A DNA stretch of 64,000 bases from an uncultured Candidatus Saccharibacteria bacterium (GCA_964537935.1 CAZICT010000003.1:2013-66012), one strand, 5' to 3'; shown: positions 1-9,664, numbered from the stretch's first letter. Translations and numbers: made by a program. Notes: generated by a model from the letters alone, not told the origin.

Positions 1-108
1 TAAATTTGTTTCCAAATAGTCATATATCCATGTCTACCAAAAGAACCATTTAAAGCCGGTTTTTGCTCATATTTGACATATATAGTCTAAATTAGTTTAA
101 TATAGAAA

Positions 109-1074
109 ATGTCAACGATTGAGAGCCGCGACCCCTTGTTTGATACTGGGTTTGAAACAGAAGCATCGCCAGATCATTTTATGTCTGAGCAATCTGCTAG
201 CGTGCCTTACGAATATACTCATTACGAACTTTTTGAAATGCTTAACGATGCGTTTGCTGAAGCCATTACGATTCCACCACCAAACAAAACTTTAACAGGG
301 CCTTTTAAAGACAACATAGAACAAATACTCAAGGACATTGATGAAGAGCTTGAAGAATCTGGGCTTACTCCTGATATGTTGCAGTACGAGGCTTACCAAT
401 CTACCGAAACAATAGAGAGAATATCTGAGCTAAGCAAGGAAAAAGAGGATATTAAGGATAGATTGAAATATAAAAAGTGTAATAAGCTTTGGCGATATGG
501 CACCGAAGCGGTCGCGCCTGTTTTAGCTTCTCAAAGCTCACCATCGATTACCTTCGATAGACCGCCTTACGTCAGGCAGGAGCAACAACGGGACTGCAGT
601 GCAGCCAGCTTCTGTATGTTATTTAATGGCCTAACAGGACTCAATCTATTTCCTGATGCGGTCGCTCACATAGCAAGAGTTAACCAAGTCATTAGCCGCA
701 TCGACGAGCCTTTAGATGAGGATCTGTTAATGAGGATGTTCCAGTCTAGTAGATTTGAAAAGCAATTTGATATTAAAGTTAAGAACATACCTCTCTACGG
801 AGCGGATTTAAGGCAAATTGCCGATGTGGCACAAAAAGTCAAAGAAAGAATGCCTGACACTAAAACCTACTGTCATCTAAGATTGGGTAAGATGGGGAAT
901 TATTCAGTAAATCACAATGCAATTTTATTGGATTCCAGCCAGATGGGCGTAACTTTACTTGACCCATCAGTACTAAACGGGCCTTATTATAGAATTGAAC
1001 ACCGCAAGTTTGCCGGTCTCTGGGCAAGGGCATATATGCGCGGAAATCTCATTATTGGTTTGCCCACACAATAG
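109..1074 (+). CDS. hypothetical protein, possible papain-like (C39-type) cysteine peptidase fold
   Basis: 321-aa ORF. QQRDCSAASFCMLFNG (Gln..Cys) and later NHNAILLD (His/Asp) resemble the Q/C/H/D order of C39-like peptidases. TTGACA(73-78)-N17-TTTAAT(96-101) ends 7 nt before the ATG. Confidence 0.45.
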   Translation: MSTIESRDPLFDTGFETEASPDHFMSEQSASVPYEYTHYELFEMLNDAFAEAITIPPPNKTLTGPFKDNIEQILKDIDEELEESGLTPDMLQYEAYQSTETIERISELSKEKEDIKDRLKYKKCNKLWRYGTEAVAPVLASQSSPSITFDRPPYVRQEQQRDCSAASFCMLFNGLTGLNLFPDAVAHIARVNQVISRIDEPLDEDLLMRMFQSSRFEKQFDIKVKNIPLYGADLRQIADVAQKVKERMPDTKTYCHLRLGKMGNYSVNHNAILLDSSQMGVTLLDPSVLNGPYYRIEHRKFAGLWARAYMRGNLIIGLPTQ

Positions 1075-1168
1075 AGTACTGATTGGCTGATCATTAAAAT
1101 ATTCCAGTCTGACTCGCGAGCTAAATAAAAACGCCAAATCACCAACAAACAAAATATATTTCTTGCAT

Positions 1169-1205
1169 AAGACTCCGAGTCGACTCGGAGTTGACTCGGA
1201 GTCCT
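1169..1205. repeat. short palindromic repeat made of three ACTCSGAGT units
   Basis: aagACTCCGAGTcgACTCGGAGTtgACTCGGAGTcc. The first two units form a perfect 20-nt palindrome. The same unit family recurs at 59769-59803. Confidence 0.6.
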
Positions 1206-1417
1206 GACGAAGTAGTTAAATCAAAACTGGCAGTAGTGTTTCTTGTGGGTTTGCTTGAGTTAACCGGCAAAAGAGTAATGCAAATAAGGTTTCACTTAGC
1301 AATATAGGTTTGTCATGTTACTGAGCCTCAGGAAGATTCACTATATCTCTTTTAGTAAAAACTGAATTTTCTTTATCAGCTCACACTGTGCAATAATTAG
1401 CATAAGGAGAAATACAT

Positions 1418-1999
1418 ATGAAAAACAATCAAAAAGGTTTTGGCATCCTGGAATTGCTGGTATTAATAATTTTAGTAACGATCATAATCGTGATGGGTTG
1501 GATGATTTATAACAAAGACAAATCATCGGACTCTGCGACAGAAAACGACAGTCATAATAGTGAGGTACAAAAAACAGAAAACGACAGTGAAGCAAAGACT
1601 GAGGCAGAAACTGATATCGAAACAATTAAAGAAACAGAGTTTTTTGAAATAAAAGAAATGGGTGTGAAGTTCAAAATAACCCCTAAATTGGAAGGTCTTT
1701 ATTATCACACATCAGAGGACGGGGACACAGTTTATTTTTCAGTTGAGGCACTGAAAGGTACGGACTGTGCTGCTGAGAAAGTCGCGCAGTTTGCACTCAG
1801 CCGTTATTCTGAAGCTGAAATTGATAATGTACCTGGTTCCGAATACATCAAAAGTAGTTCAAAAGTAATAAATGGTTATTATTATGATACGGCGAGAGGA
1901 CAAGCAATGTGCACTGAAGATCCTAAAACTGCTAAAATAGTTTCCGAGTTTTATGAAGAAATTATCGTATTAGTGCCCGAAGAGCTACAGGCAATATAA
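1418..1999 (+). CDS. prepilin-type N-terminal cleavage/methylation domain protein (pilin-like)
   Basis: N-terminus MKNNQKG|FGILELLVLIILV has the class III signal pattern (Gly-1, Phe+1, Glu+5, hydrophobic helix). AAGGAG RBS lies 8 nt upstream. Confidence 0.65.
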   Translation: MKNNQKGFGILELLVLIILVTIIIVMGWMIYNKDKSSDSATENDSHNSEVQKTENDSEAKTEAETDIETIKETEFFEIKEMGVKFKITPKLEGLYYHTSEDGDTVYFSVEALKGTDCAAEKVAQFALSRYSEAEIDNVPGSEYIKSSSKVINGYYYDTARGQAMCTEDPKTAKIVSEFYEEIIVLVPEELQAI

Positions 2000-2283
2000 A
2001 AGAACTGTTTAGCCCATTATATTAAGTATTCCTTGTGATATTACTATTTAAGCACTGAGCTAGAAGATAGATTAAAAATAATTGAAGAGCGCAATAGGCG
2101 AGTAGAGGCCGACAAGGCCTGGGAAACAAGTCTGAAGCGCAAGTCTTTTAAATTATGACTTTTAAAAAAGTATGACTGCCAACCAACATTTAATTATTGG
2201 CAAACTTTGTGATTGGTGTAAAAAGACTGAACCAGGATTTTGGTCAAGATAATTGCTATACTAGGAATAGAGAAAGGGGCGAT

Positions 2284-2682
2284 ATGACCAAGATTTTTAT
2301 AACCCAGTTTGACCATGACAGGCTCATAAATTTGCTTGCAAAAAAGAGACCGCATGACAGTTATGACGAAACCCTAATGAGTGAGCTCAAGAGAGCGAAG
2401 ATTGTTGAACCGGCTGACATCCCACCGGATGTCATAACCATGAACTCTCAAGTTAGATTTCTTGACTTAAACAACAATGATTGGGATTTTTGGTTGGTTT
2501 TTCCGGAACAGGCTGACCTAAAGCAGAATAAGATTTCTGTTCTTTCCCCGATTGGCTGCGCGCTGCTTGGCTACAAAGTCGGTGATAAAGTTACGATTAC
2601 TACGCCCAAACACGGCGAACGCGAATTTACGGTAAAAGAGATATTGAGCCAGCCGGAACGCGAAGGCAAGTTTGATTTATAA
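2284..2682 (+). CDS. rnk: GreA/GreB-family C-terminal domain protein, Rnk-like
   Basis: VSPIGCALLGYKVGDKVTITTPKHGEREFTVKEI matches the GreA/Rnk C-terminal domain. The ATG at 2284 has an AAAGGGG RBS. The TTG-extended ORF from 2197 was trimmed. Confidence 0.7.
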   Translation: MTKIFITQFDHDRLINLLAKKRPHDSYDETLMSELKRAKIVEPADIPPDVITMNSQVRFLDLNNNDWDFWLVFPEQADLKQNKISVLSPIGCALLGYKVGDKVTITTPKHGEREFTVKEILSQPEREGKFDL

Positions 2683-2767
2683 TCGGATCTAATTATATAG
2701 ATAACGGCTGAGCTGCTATCGAAGATTCCTGGTTATGTCGCAGTGACTGATGCGATAGAATAAACCA

Positions 2768-4069
2768 ATGAGCAGACTGCAAAAAGATATAGCCGGCTGG
2801 TTGCTGCTTGTAGGATTTATTGCCGTACCGGTTGTGCTCTGGCAATCTTACACGGGTACATCTGCGTGGGCCAGCACCTCGAGCAGTCTTAGATCAATCG
2901 GGCAGTTGAGCGGTCTGATTGGAGCAAGCTTGTTTTCGCTTAATTTTATTTTGGCTGCACGGCTTGGATGGGTTGAGGAACTTATGAGCGGGCTACCCAG
3001 GATTTATACCTTCCATCACTTTTCCGGAATAGCGGCGCTCATTTTGCTGCTAATGCATCCGTTGTTTCTTGGGCTGCAGTATTTGCCGTTTTCATTTTCT
3101 TTAGTGGTGGATTTCTTTGTACCCGATTTTAGTGATAAGCCAAAACTGCTGGGAGCTATTGCGCTGCTGACTATTGTTGTATTGCTGTTCATAACTTTAT
3201 TCATGCGTATTGCCTACCATAAGTGGAAGGCGACCCATCAATGGCTGGGCCTGGCACTTTTGCTGGCAAGTTTGCATGTGTACTTAATTCCAGGGCACCT
3301 ATCGTCGGCGCCGGGGCTGCGCTACTACATGGTTTCGGTAATCATTGCCGGATTGGTGGCATTTACGTACCGAGTTTTGTTTGGCCGCTGGCTAATCCGC
3401 CGTTATCCGTACAAAGTCAATAAAGTAAATGTGCATGATAATGGAACGGAGGTAATCTTATCGCCGCTTGGTAAGCCGGTACGATATAAAGCCGGTCAGT
3501 TCTTTTTTATCCGGGTTCATGATGCAGCCGAGGTTAGTAAAGAATCGCATCCGTTTTCATTTACCAGCCCGCCAGGCAAAAAATATATCTCGTTTACCGC
3601 CAAGCCGATCGGAGATTATACTGCCACGCTAAAGTTGCTGTCTCCAAAAACCACGGTTGATATTGAGGGCCCCTATGGGCGCTTTATATTTAACGATGCC
3701 CGACAAAACCAGGTATGGATAGCTGGCGGGATCGGCATTACGCCGTTTATGAGCCGCGCCCGGGAGCTTTTGGACGGACAACAGGCCAGGGTAACACTCT
3801 ATTACATTGTTAGAAATAAAAAAGATGCAATATTTTTGAAAGAATTAACGGATATAGCCGCTAAAAACAATAATTTTGAGTTAAGGGTTTGGGAAAGCTC
3901 CAAAAAAGGCAGATTAAGTACCGATGACATCATCGAAGTTAACGATGCAGCCCCTCGCAGCTATTTTATTTGCGGCCCGGATTTGATGATGAAAAGCCTA
4001 AAGCAAGGACTGCTAAAAGCAGGCGTTAACCGCGGCGATATCTACACTGAAGAATTCAAGCTTTATTAA
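2768..4069 (+). CDS. ferric-reductase/NOX-family flavocytochrome (6-TM heme domain + FAD/NAD(P)H dehydrogenase domain)
   Basis: Two His pairs in TM helices (HHFSGIAALILLLMH and HQWLGLALLLASLH). HPFSFTS FAD motif, GGIGITPF NAD(P)H motif, C-terminal FICGP. Confidence 0.8.
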   Translation: MSRLQKDIAGWLLLVGFIAVPVVLWQSYTGTSAWASTSSSLRSIGQLSGLIGASLFSLNFILAARLGWVEELMSGLPRIYTFHHFSGIAALILLLMHPLFLGLQYLPFSFSLVVDFFVPDFSDKPKLLGAIALLTIVVLLFITLFMRIAYHKWKATHQWLGLALLLASLHVYLIPGHLSSAPGLRYYMVSVIIAGLVAFTYRVLFGRWLIRRYPYKVNKVNVHDNGTEVILSPLGKPVRYKAGQFFFIRVHDAAEVSKESHPFSFTSPPGKKYISFTAKPIGDYTATLKLLSPKTTVDIEGPYGRFIFNDARQNQVWIAGGIGITPFMSRARELLDGQQARVTLYYIVRNKKDAIFLKELTDIAAKNNNFELRVWESSKKGRLSTDDIIEVNDAAPRSYFICGPDLMMKSLKQGLLKAGVNRGDIYTEEFKLY

Positions 4070-4143
4070 TCATATATTAAGACCGCGAGTAAATATAAAT
4101 GCTCATGCTTGCATTAAAGCCAATTAGTTTATAAAACTACACC

Positions 4144-4887
4144 ATGTCAGAGCGCGACTTAATCAGTGAGGTGCCGAAAACGTTTTTAGGGCTTTCCGAG
4201 AAAGAAAACATAATATTCAGCCCTTCTTTGGCTGGTGAGTTATACACTGGTCCACCAGAAACACTGGAAGCGCGGACTGCTATAGCCACCCTAACGGGCT
4301 TGGTTCATGCAGCATATCGAGCCAAAAATGCGGCTGATTTGGCTCTTTCCTGGCGCAACTATAATGTTGGCGCAAGTGCAGTAATGTGTAACTTTGAGAA
4401 AGGTTATATAGGTTATCTCGACGGATATAACGTTAAGCCGTCACCAGGAGATAGTGAGATTAATCTGCACGCTGAACAGGTAGCTATTGCAAAAGGACGG
4501 ATGCGTGGCCTAAACAGAGTTATGGGTATTGCTGTTTTTGCCGATCCTGATAATGATGACGCTAATCCGCTTGGGACTGAAACATTGCGCCCCTGCGGCC
4601 GGTGTACAGAAATGTTCCAAGTGACCCCCGAAGTTGATGAACGTACGTTGGTATTGGGCACCAATTTAAATTTTACGAAATGTGAATTGTATACAGTCGG
4701 TGCGCTTCAAAAAGCCCAGACCGAGGATAATAAACTAATTCACGACAAGTTGGTTAGCGATCCATTCCCACTCGCCGCCGAAGAAGATTTTGATTATTAT
4801 GACCGTTGCCTGAAGCCACACCTCACCATGGCAGTATTTGCGCTGTACGGTATAGATCCATCGAATTTATATGCGCCCCAGAAATAA
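4144..4887 (+). CDS. cytidine/deoxycytidylate deaminase-fold zinc protein
   Basis: HAEQVAI (H-A-E) and PCGRCTEM (PCxxC) zinc-deaminase motifs, with long N- and C-terminal extensions of unknown function. Confidence 0.6.
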   Translation: MSERDLISEVPKTFLGLSEKENIIFSPSLAGELYTGPPETLEARTAIATLTGLVHAAYRAKNAADLALSWRNYNVGASAVMCNFEKGYIGYLDGYNVKPSPGDSEINLHAEQVAIAKGRMRGLNRVMGIAVFADPDNDDANPLGTETLRPCGRCTEMFQVTPEVDERTLVLGTNLNFTKCELYTVGALQKAQTEDNKLIHDKLVSDPFPLAAEEDFDYYDRCLKPHLTMAVFALYGIDPSNLYAPQK

Positions 4888-5015
4888 CCAGCTTGTTTTT
4901 TAGTCAAACGTACGGCATATAGGCATAGGAAGTAAGGGGTAAAACACTTTTTGTGCGTTATCTAACTGTTTAGTGGTGTTGGCCAAGTCATAATCTCCAA
5001 GCGAGAGGAGGTCTG

Positions 5016-5627
5016 ATGAAAGCCGTTATTTTAAACTGTTCTCTTAAAGCATCACCTGAAGCATCCAGCACCGAAGCGCTCTCAAGGGTGCTTGGTGATG
5101 AATTTTCCAAGCGAGACGTTGATTACGAAGTCATTAGAATCGCTGACCACAATATTCCACCAGGGGTAAGTTCTGACGAAGGTAACGGTGATGAGTGGCC
5201 GGCTATCAGAGAAAAGATTTTAAATGCTGAGATTTTGGTAATCGCTAGTCCGACTTGGGTGGGGCGAATGTCGAGTCTGGCCCAGCGTATTATTGAGCGA
5301 ATGGATGCCATGCTTTCTGAAACTGACGATGAGGAGCGACCTGTGGCCTACAACCACGTGGCCGGTTTTATAGCCACCGGCAATGAAGACGGCGCCAAGC
5401 ACGTTATCGGTGAAATGGAAGCGGCCCTGCTTGAACTGGGCTTTACCGTTCCGGGGCAAGCCTGGACATATTTTAACCACGGTTCGCAGATGGGTCCTAC
5501 TTACTTAGAAACCGAAGACGAAGACAAAAAGCAGCGGGCGCACCGCAACGCAACAACTGCCGCACATAACCTGGTGGCTGTGGCCCAAGCCTTGCAAGCA
5601 AACCCTATTCCTTCACCTAAACAATAA
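5016..5627 (+). CDS. NAD(P)H-dependent FMN reductase / flavodoxin-like fold protein
   Basis: MKAVILNCSLK...ILVIASPTWVGRMSS pattern typical of the family. GAGGAGG RBS. Confidence 0.7.
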   Translation: MKAVILNCSLKASPEASSTEALSRVLGDEFSKRDVDYEVIRIADHNIPPGVSSDEGNGDEWPAIREKILNAEILVIASPTWVGRMSSLAQRIIERMDAMLSETDDEERPVAYNHVAGFIATGNEDGAKHVIGEMEAALLELGFTVPGQAWTYFNHGSQMGPTYLETEDEDKKQRAHRNATTAAHNLVAVAQALQANPIPSPKQ

Positions 5628-5682
5628 CTGCATGGCCTGATCTGGAGTTAATGCTAACACTTGATTTTGCTATGCTTAAATC

Positions 5683-6213
5683 ATGAAACACGAACATGGA
5701 CCTATTGATCATTCTGATATGGTGAAGGGCGAGAGTTCTCTAAAAGAATATCTAAAACTTGTGGCTGTTGTTTTGGCTGTGACGCTTTTTTCGTGGTTCT
5801 TAAATATCAATTTCGGAGAAGGCGGATGGATGGAATTTATGCGCTGGTTCATGGGCGTGTTCTTCCTAGTATTCTCGGCTTTTAAGTTCATCGGTTACAA
5901 CATGTTCACCATCATGTTTGCCGGCTACGACGTAATCGCTAAACGCTTTAAGCCCTATTCTTATGCCTATCCGTTCATTGAGCTGGGATTGGCTATTTTG
6001 TATCTAGCCGACCTTTGGCCAGCTGGCCGTGACTCGGTCACCCTGGCGATTATGGGAATCAGCTCCGTCGGTGTGCTCCAAGAGGTCCGCCGTCGTAGTG
6101 GTGTTCACTGCGCCTGCCTGGGCAACGTCATCAAGCTGCCGCTCAGCACCGTCAGCCTGGCCGAGGATGTTGGCATGGGTTTGATGGCTTTTGCTATGCT
6201 GGTACTTCGGTAA
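5683..6213 (+). CDS. MauE/DoxX-like integral membrane protein
   Basis: Four predicted TM helices and a CACLG motif near the C-terminus, as in MauE-family proteins. Confidence 0.5.
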   Translation: MKHEHGPIDHSDMVKGESSLKEYLKLVAVVLAVTLFSWFLNINFGEGGWMEFMRWFMGVFFLVFSAFKFIGYNMFTIMFAGYDVIAKRFKPYSYAYPFIELGLAILYLADLWPAGRDSVTLAIMGISSVGVLQEVRRRSGVHCACLGNVIKLPLSTVSLAEDVGMGLMAFAMLVLR

Positions 6214-6255
6214 ATTATGTTAGGCGGCTTTATAAAGCATTGTTAAGATTAATAT

Positions 6256-7842
6256 ATGAAAAAACTTCTACTTATATTATTTGGAATACTGCCTCTATTT
6301 TTATCTTTACAGACAGTGCATGCCCAAAGTTCAGAGAAAATCATAAATTTTAAGAGCGAAGTGGTGGTGTCAGAAGATAGTACGGCGCATATTACCGAAG
6401 CTATCACTTATGATTTCGGCTCTAACCAGCGTCGTGGAATATTTCGGGACATACCTGTTACGTACATCGTATCCGGCGACCAGGGATATGAACTTTCTCT
6501 TGTAGTCTTAAGTGTTAGTCGTGACGGTCGGCCGGAGCAATATAGAAACGAAGGCAAAACCGGCAATTTTGAGCGGCTTCGCATTGGCAATCCGGATGTT
6601 ACTATCAGCGGTGCGCATACTTATGTTATTGAATATGAATTAAGTCCGATTGCAATAATGGCTGACGACGGCAATGCAATCGTCAGGATAGACGCTCCCG
6701 GAACGGGCTGGCCCGTGCCTACTGAAAAAGCATCAATTATTATCCGTGGTCCAACTGAACCGATTACACAAACGTGCTATGAGGGCGACCTCGGCAATAC
6801 TGCACAAACTTGCAAACGTAATGACCGGGATTTTCAGACTTTTTCGAGTAGCGGAGTATTAGCGGCCGGAGAAACGCTGACGGCAGAATCGGCTTTTGAC
6901 GCCGGTGCTTTTAACCGGTTTGCGGAACTAACTACGGTATCGTCCGGTGGTGACTTCCCGGTGGTGGTGGCGTGGATTTTTGGGGCCATAGGTTTGATTA
7001 TTAGCCTGTTCGTTGGTAAACGGATCATGCATAACCTCCAATACAAGTCACGCCGCGGAAAAGAGCTGGTCATTGCACAATATGAACCGCCAAAGGATAT
7101 GACTCCCGCAGAGATGGGACTGCTAATCGACAATAGCAGCAAAGGCGCCGAGTTCAGCGCTACGGTTATTGACCTTGCGGTGAGGGGATATTTGAAGATA
7201 GTGCAAACCAAGGAGAAAAAGTGGTGGAGCAATGCTGAGTATGATTTTGTAAAACAAGCAGCTGATCCGGCAGCACTAGTTCCGTATGAAAGACAGATAT
7301 ATAACGCAATTTTTGAAAAAGGTGACAAAACTTCCATGAAAACTTTAAGAAATTCCACAAAATTAAGGGGAGCTTATCAGTCACTCAGGAGTAAGCTCGT
7401 AAAACGCTTAGAGAAACGAGGTTTTTACAAGCCGGTTAGCGTGTTTGAGCGGAATTTAGACGCAAGAGTTAGTGAAGCGGGCTATAAGACATGGGCCGAA
7501 GTAGCAGGCTTTAGAAAATTTTTGGAAGTGACTGAAAAGGATAGAATGGCATTTCATGACGCACCGGAACGGACACCGGAGCAGTTCAGTAAATATCTAC
7601 CATATGCGGTGGCCTTAGGCGTGGAAAAACAATGGGCAAAACAGTTCAGAGATCTGACGATAGATACGAGCGATTGGTACGAGGGTAATACGCTCAATGC
7701 AATAATTTTTGCTAACAGCATCCACGGCTTGAGCAATAGCTTAAGTTCCATGGCTACAGCCAGTACAAGCAGCGGTTCAAGCGGTGTAGGTGGCGGTTTT
7801 TCCGGTGGCGGTTTTTCCGGCGGAGGCGGTGGCAGCTGGTAG
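6256..7842 (+). CDS. DUF2207-type membrane protein
   Basis: Signal peptide, extracellular N-domain, TM helices and a Gly-rich tail GGGFSGGGFSGGGGGSW characteristic of DUF2207. Confidence 0.7.
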   Translation: MKKLLLILFGILPLFLSLQTVHAQSSEKIINFKSEVVVSEDSTAHITEAITYDFGSNQRRGIFRDIPVTYIVSGDQGYELSLVVLSVSRDGRPEQYRNEGKTGNFERLRIGNPDVTISGAHTYVIEYELSPIAIMADDGNAIVRIDAPGTGWPVPTEKASIIIRGPTEPITQTCYEGDLGNTAQTCKRNDRDFQTFSSSGVLAAGETLTAESAFDAGAFNRFAELTTVSSGGDFPVVVAWIFGAIGLIISLFVGKRIMHNLQYKSRRGKELVIAQYEPPKDMTPAEMGLLIDNSSKGAEFSATVIDLAVRGYLKIVQTKEKKWWSNAEYDFVKQAADPAALVPYERQIYNAIFEKGDKTSMKTLRNSTKLRGAYQSLRSKLVKRLEKRGFYKPVSVFERNLDARVSEAGYKTWAEVAGFRKFLEVTEKDRMAFHDAPERTPEQFSKYLPYAVALGVEKQWAKQFRDLTIDTSDWYEGNTLNAIIFANSIHGLSNSLSSMATASTSSGSSGVGGGFSGGGFSGGGGGSW

Positions 7843-7939
7843 CCAGGCTCTTAGGTAATATAACTCAAAAAGTGTGAATTTAACCGCTGCGAACACGTAA
7901 CGCTTAGAGTAAAGTAACTTGACGTAACGGAGATATATT

Positions 7940-8251
7940 ATGGACAGCGAAGACGCCCAAAGGTCAAAACAAAACCAGGAAGCTGATGACGCTAAGCAAG
8001 AATCCCCGGATGTCGGTTTTAATTTGAAAGACCTGGCTAAAGCGCCGGTAAAGCCGCTGGAACATGTCACTTCAGAAACCGAAGAAGATACCAACAATTC
8101 GAGTGTAAAATTTTTGATGGGAGTCGGCTTGGTGTTGGCTATCGCCGGGCTGTTGATGATTGTGGCTAGCATCATGTTAGCCGGGTTTTTTGTGATGCTC
8201 CTGGGAGGCTTGGCAATTACGGCAAGCGTTTTTACGCCGCTTAAAAAATAG
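7940..8251 (+). CDS. small membrane protein (acidic N-terminus, two TM helices)
   Basis: GGAG RBS 7 nt upstream. Hydrophobic C-terminal half. Preferred over the overlapping antisense ORF 7777-8175. Confidence 0.5.
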   Translation: MDSEDAQRSKQNQEADDAKQESPDVGFNLKDLAKAPVKPLEHVTSETEEDTNNSSVKFLMGVGLVLAIAGLLMIVASIMLAGFFVMLLGGLAITASVFTPLKK

Positions 8252-8302
8252 GCTACTCAAGACCTCTGGAATTAAAAAGTTTGATTGCTATACTGGTGAA
8301 TA

Positions 8303-9664
8303 ATGCCTCCTCTATTTGACAGTATGGTAGTGCTCGCGATAGTGCTTGTGATAGCACGCTTCATTAAGCGCGGTTCGGCGGTGCTCCAGAAGCTTTTTAT
8401 ACCAAGTTCTCTGGTTGCGGGCGTTGGAGGATTGATACTAGGGCCCCAACTACTCGGAACCATTCCAGCCGAAGTTACGGACTACTGGGCGCAATTTCCG
8501 AAACACCTTATTAATATTGTCTTTGCCGGATTATTCTTAGGCAAGTTCATACCAAGCAGAAAAGAAATCTGGCGCCAGGCAGGCCCGATGATAGCGTTCG
8601 GCAATACCTTAGCTTGGGGTCAATACGTGCTAGGAATCGCTTTGACGGTATTTTTCCTGACCCCGATTTTTGATGCCAATCCGCTTGCCGGTGCGTTGAT
8701 GGAGTTAAGTTTTGAAGGCGGCCATGGCACTGCCGCTGGTTTAGCGCCGACATTTGAACAGCTCGGTTGGCCGGAAGGAACCGACATTGCCCTGGGCCTC
8801 GCAACGCTCAGTATAATCGTGGCCGTATTAAGCGGAATCGTATTCATCAACATACATAACCGCAAGCACGGTTTTTTGACTGATGAAGTAACCTGGAATC
8901 GGCAGCGCCGGCAACTGATAAGAAGTGGCTATAATCTGGTCCGGTTGGGCGAAAAAGTAAACACAAATCCCAAGGCAATCATTATTAATGTGATAGCATT
9001 CGTGGCTGCAATCGGGATAGGCTGGGGCATTTTAGAGAGCTTGGTGTTCGCTGAAGATGCTTTTATGAGGAGCTTTACGGACCTCCGTTTCTTTACTTAT
9101 GTACCGCTTTTCCCGTTTGCCATGATTGGCGGATTGATCGTTCAGCTCATACTAAAGAAGCTGAAAAAGCAGCACTTTATTCAGCGCCGGACAGCTGAAA
9201 TATTCAGCGCGATTGCGCTTGACCTGCTTATCGCCAGCGCGATTGCTACGGTGTCGTTAAGCGTAATCGGTAACAACTTGCCGATATTTATAACTTTGGG
9301 TGTCGGTGGAATAGTGTGGATACTGGGCAGTTTCATCGTGCTTGCCCCCAGGATGTTCAAGACATATTGGTTCGAAAAAGGCATAACCAATACCGGGCAA
9401 TCTATGGGAATGACTGCAACCGGCCTGCTCTTAAACCGGTTGGCTGACCCGACCAATAAATCTAAGGCCAGAGAAGGTTTTGCCTATAAACAGCTAGTGT
9501 TCGAGCCGTTTATGGGCGGGGGTTTGGTCACCGCTACGGCCGCGATAGTTATTCACGAAGCGGGGTCAATTCCGGTCCTAATCGGCTCTACTTTGATCAC
9601 TCTTTTTTGGCTTATATTGGGTCTACATCTAGGCAGACGACGTCGGACCCAGGTAAATACATAA
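8303..9664 (+). CDS. gltS: sodium/glutamate symporter
   Basis: Polytopic protein with MELSFEGGHGTAAG, typical of the GltS/ESS family. Confidence 0.8.
   Translation: MPPLFDSMVVLAIVLVIARFIKRGSAVLQKLFIPSSLVAGVGGLILGPQLLGTIPAEVTDYWAQFPKHLINIVFAGLFLGKFIPSRKEIWRQAGPMIAFGNTLAWGQYVLGIALTVFFLTPIFDANPLAGALMELSFEGGHGTAAGLAPTFEQLGWPEGTDIALGLATLSIIVAVLSGIVFINIHNRKHGFLTDEVTWNRQRRQLIRSGYNLVRLGEKVNTNPKAIIINVIAFVAAIGIGWGILESLVFAEDAFMRSFTDLRFFTYVPLFPFAMIGGLIVQLILKKLKKQHFIQRRTAEIFSAIALDLLIASAIATVSLSVIGNNLPIFITLGVGGIVWILGSFIVLAPRMFKTYWFEKGITNTGQSMGMTATGLLLNRLADPTNKSKAREGFAYKQLVFEPFMGGGLVTATAAIVIHEAGSIPVLIGSTLITLFWLILGLHLGRRRRTQVNT

Noticed and set aside
2197-2283. N-terminal extensions given by the ORF track from non-ATG or far-upstream starts (2197, 11498, 19062, 38733, 45027, 48522, 54329)
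   Set aside because: In each case an internal ATG with a better RBS or promoter geometry gives the canonical family N-terminus (Rnk, VKOR, HrcA, PilA signal peptide, LTD signal peptide, RNase Y TM helix, signal peptide of the surface protein).
7777-8175. 132-aa minus-strand ORF overlapping the 7940-8251 + strand ORF
   Set aside because: It overlaps the Gly-rich tail of the DUF2207 gene in antisense and lacks an RBS. The + strand ORF has a GGAG RBS and a clear two-TM architecture.
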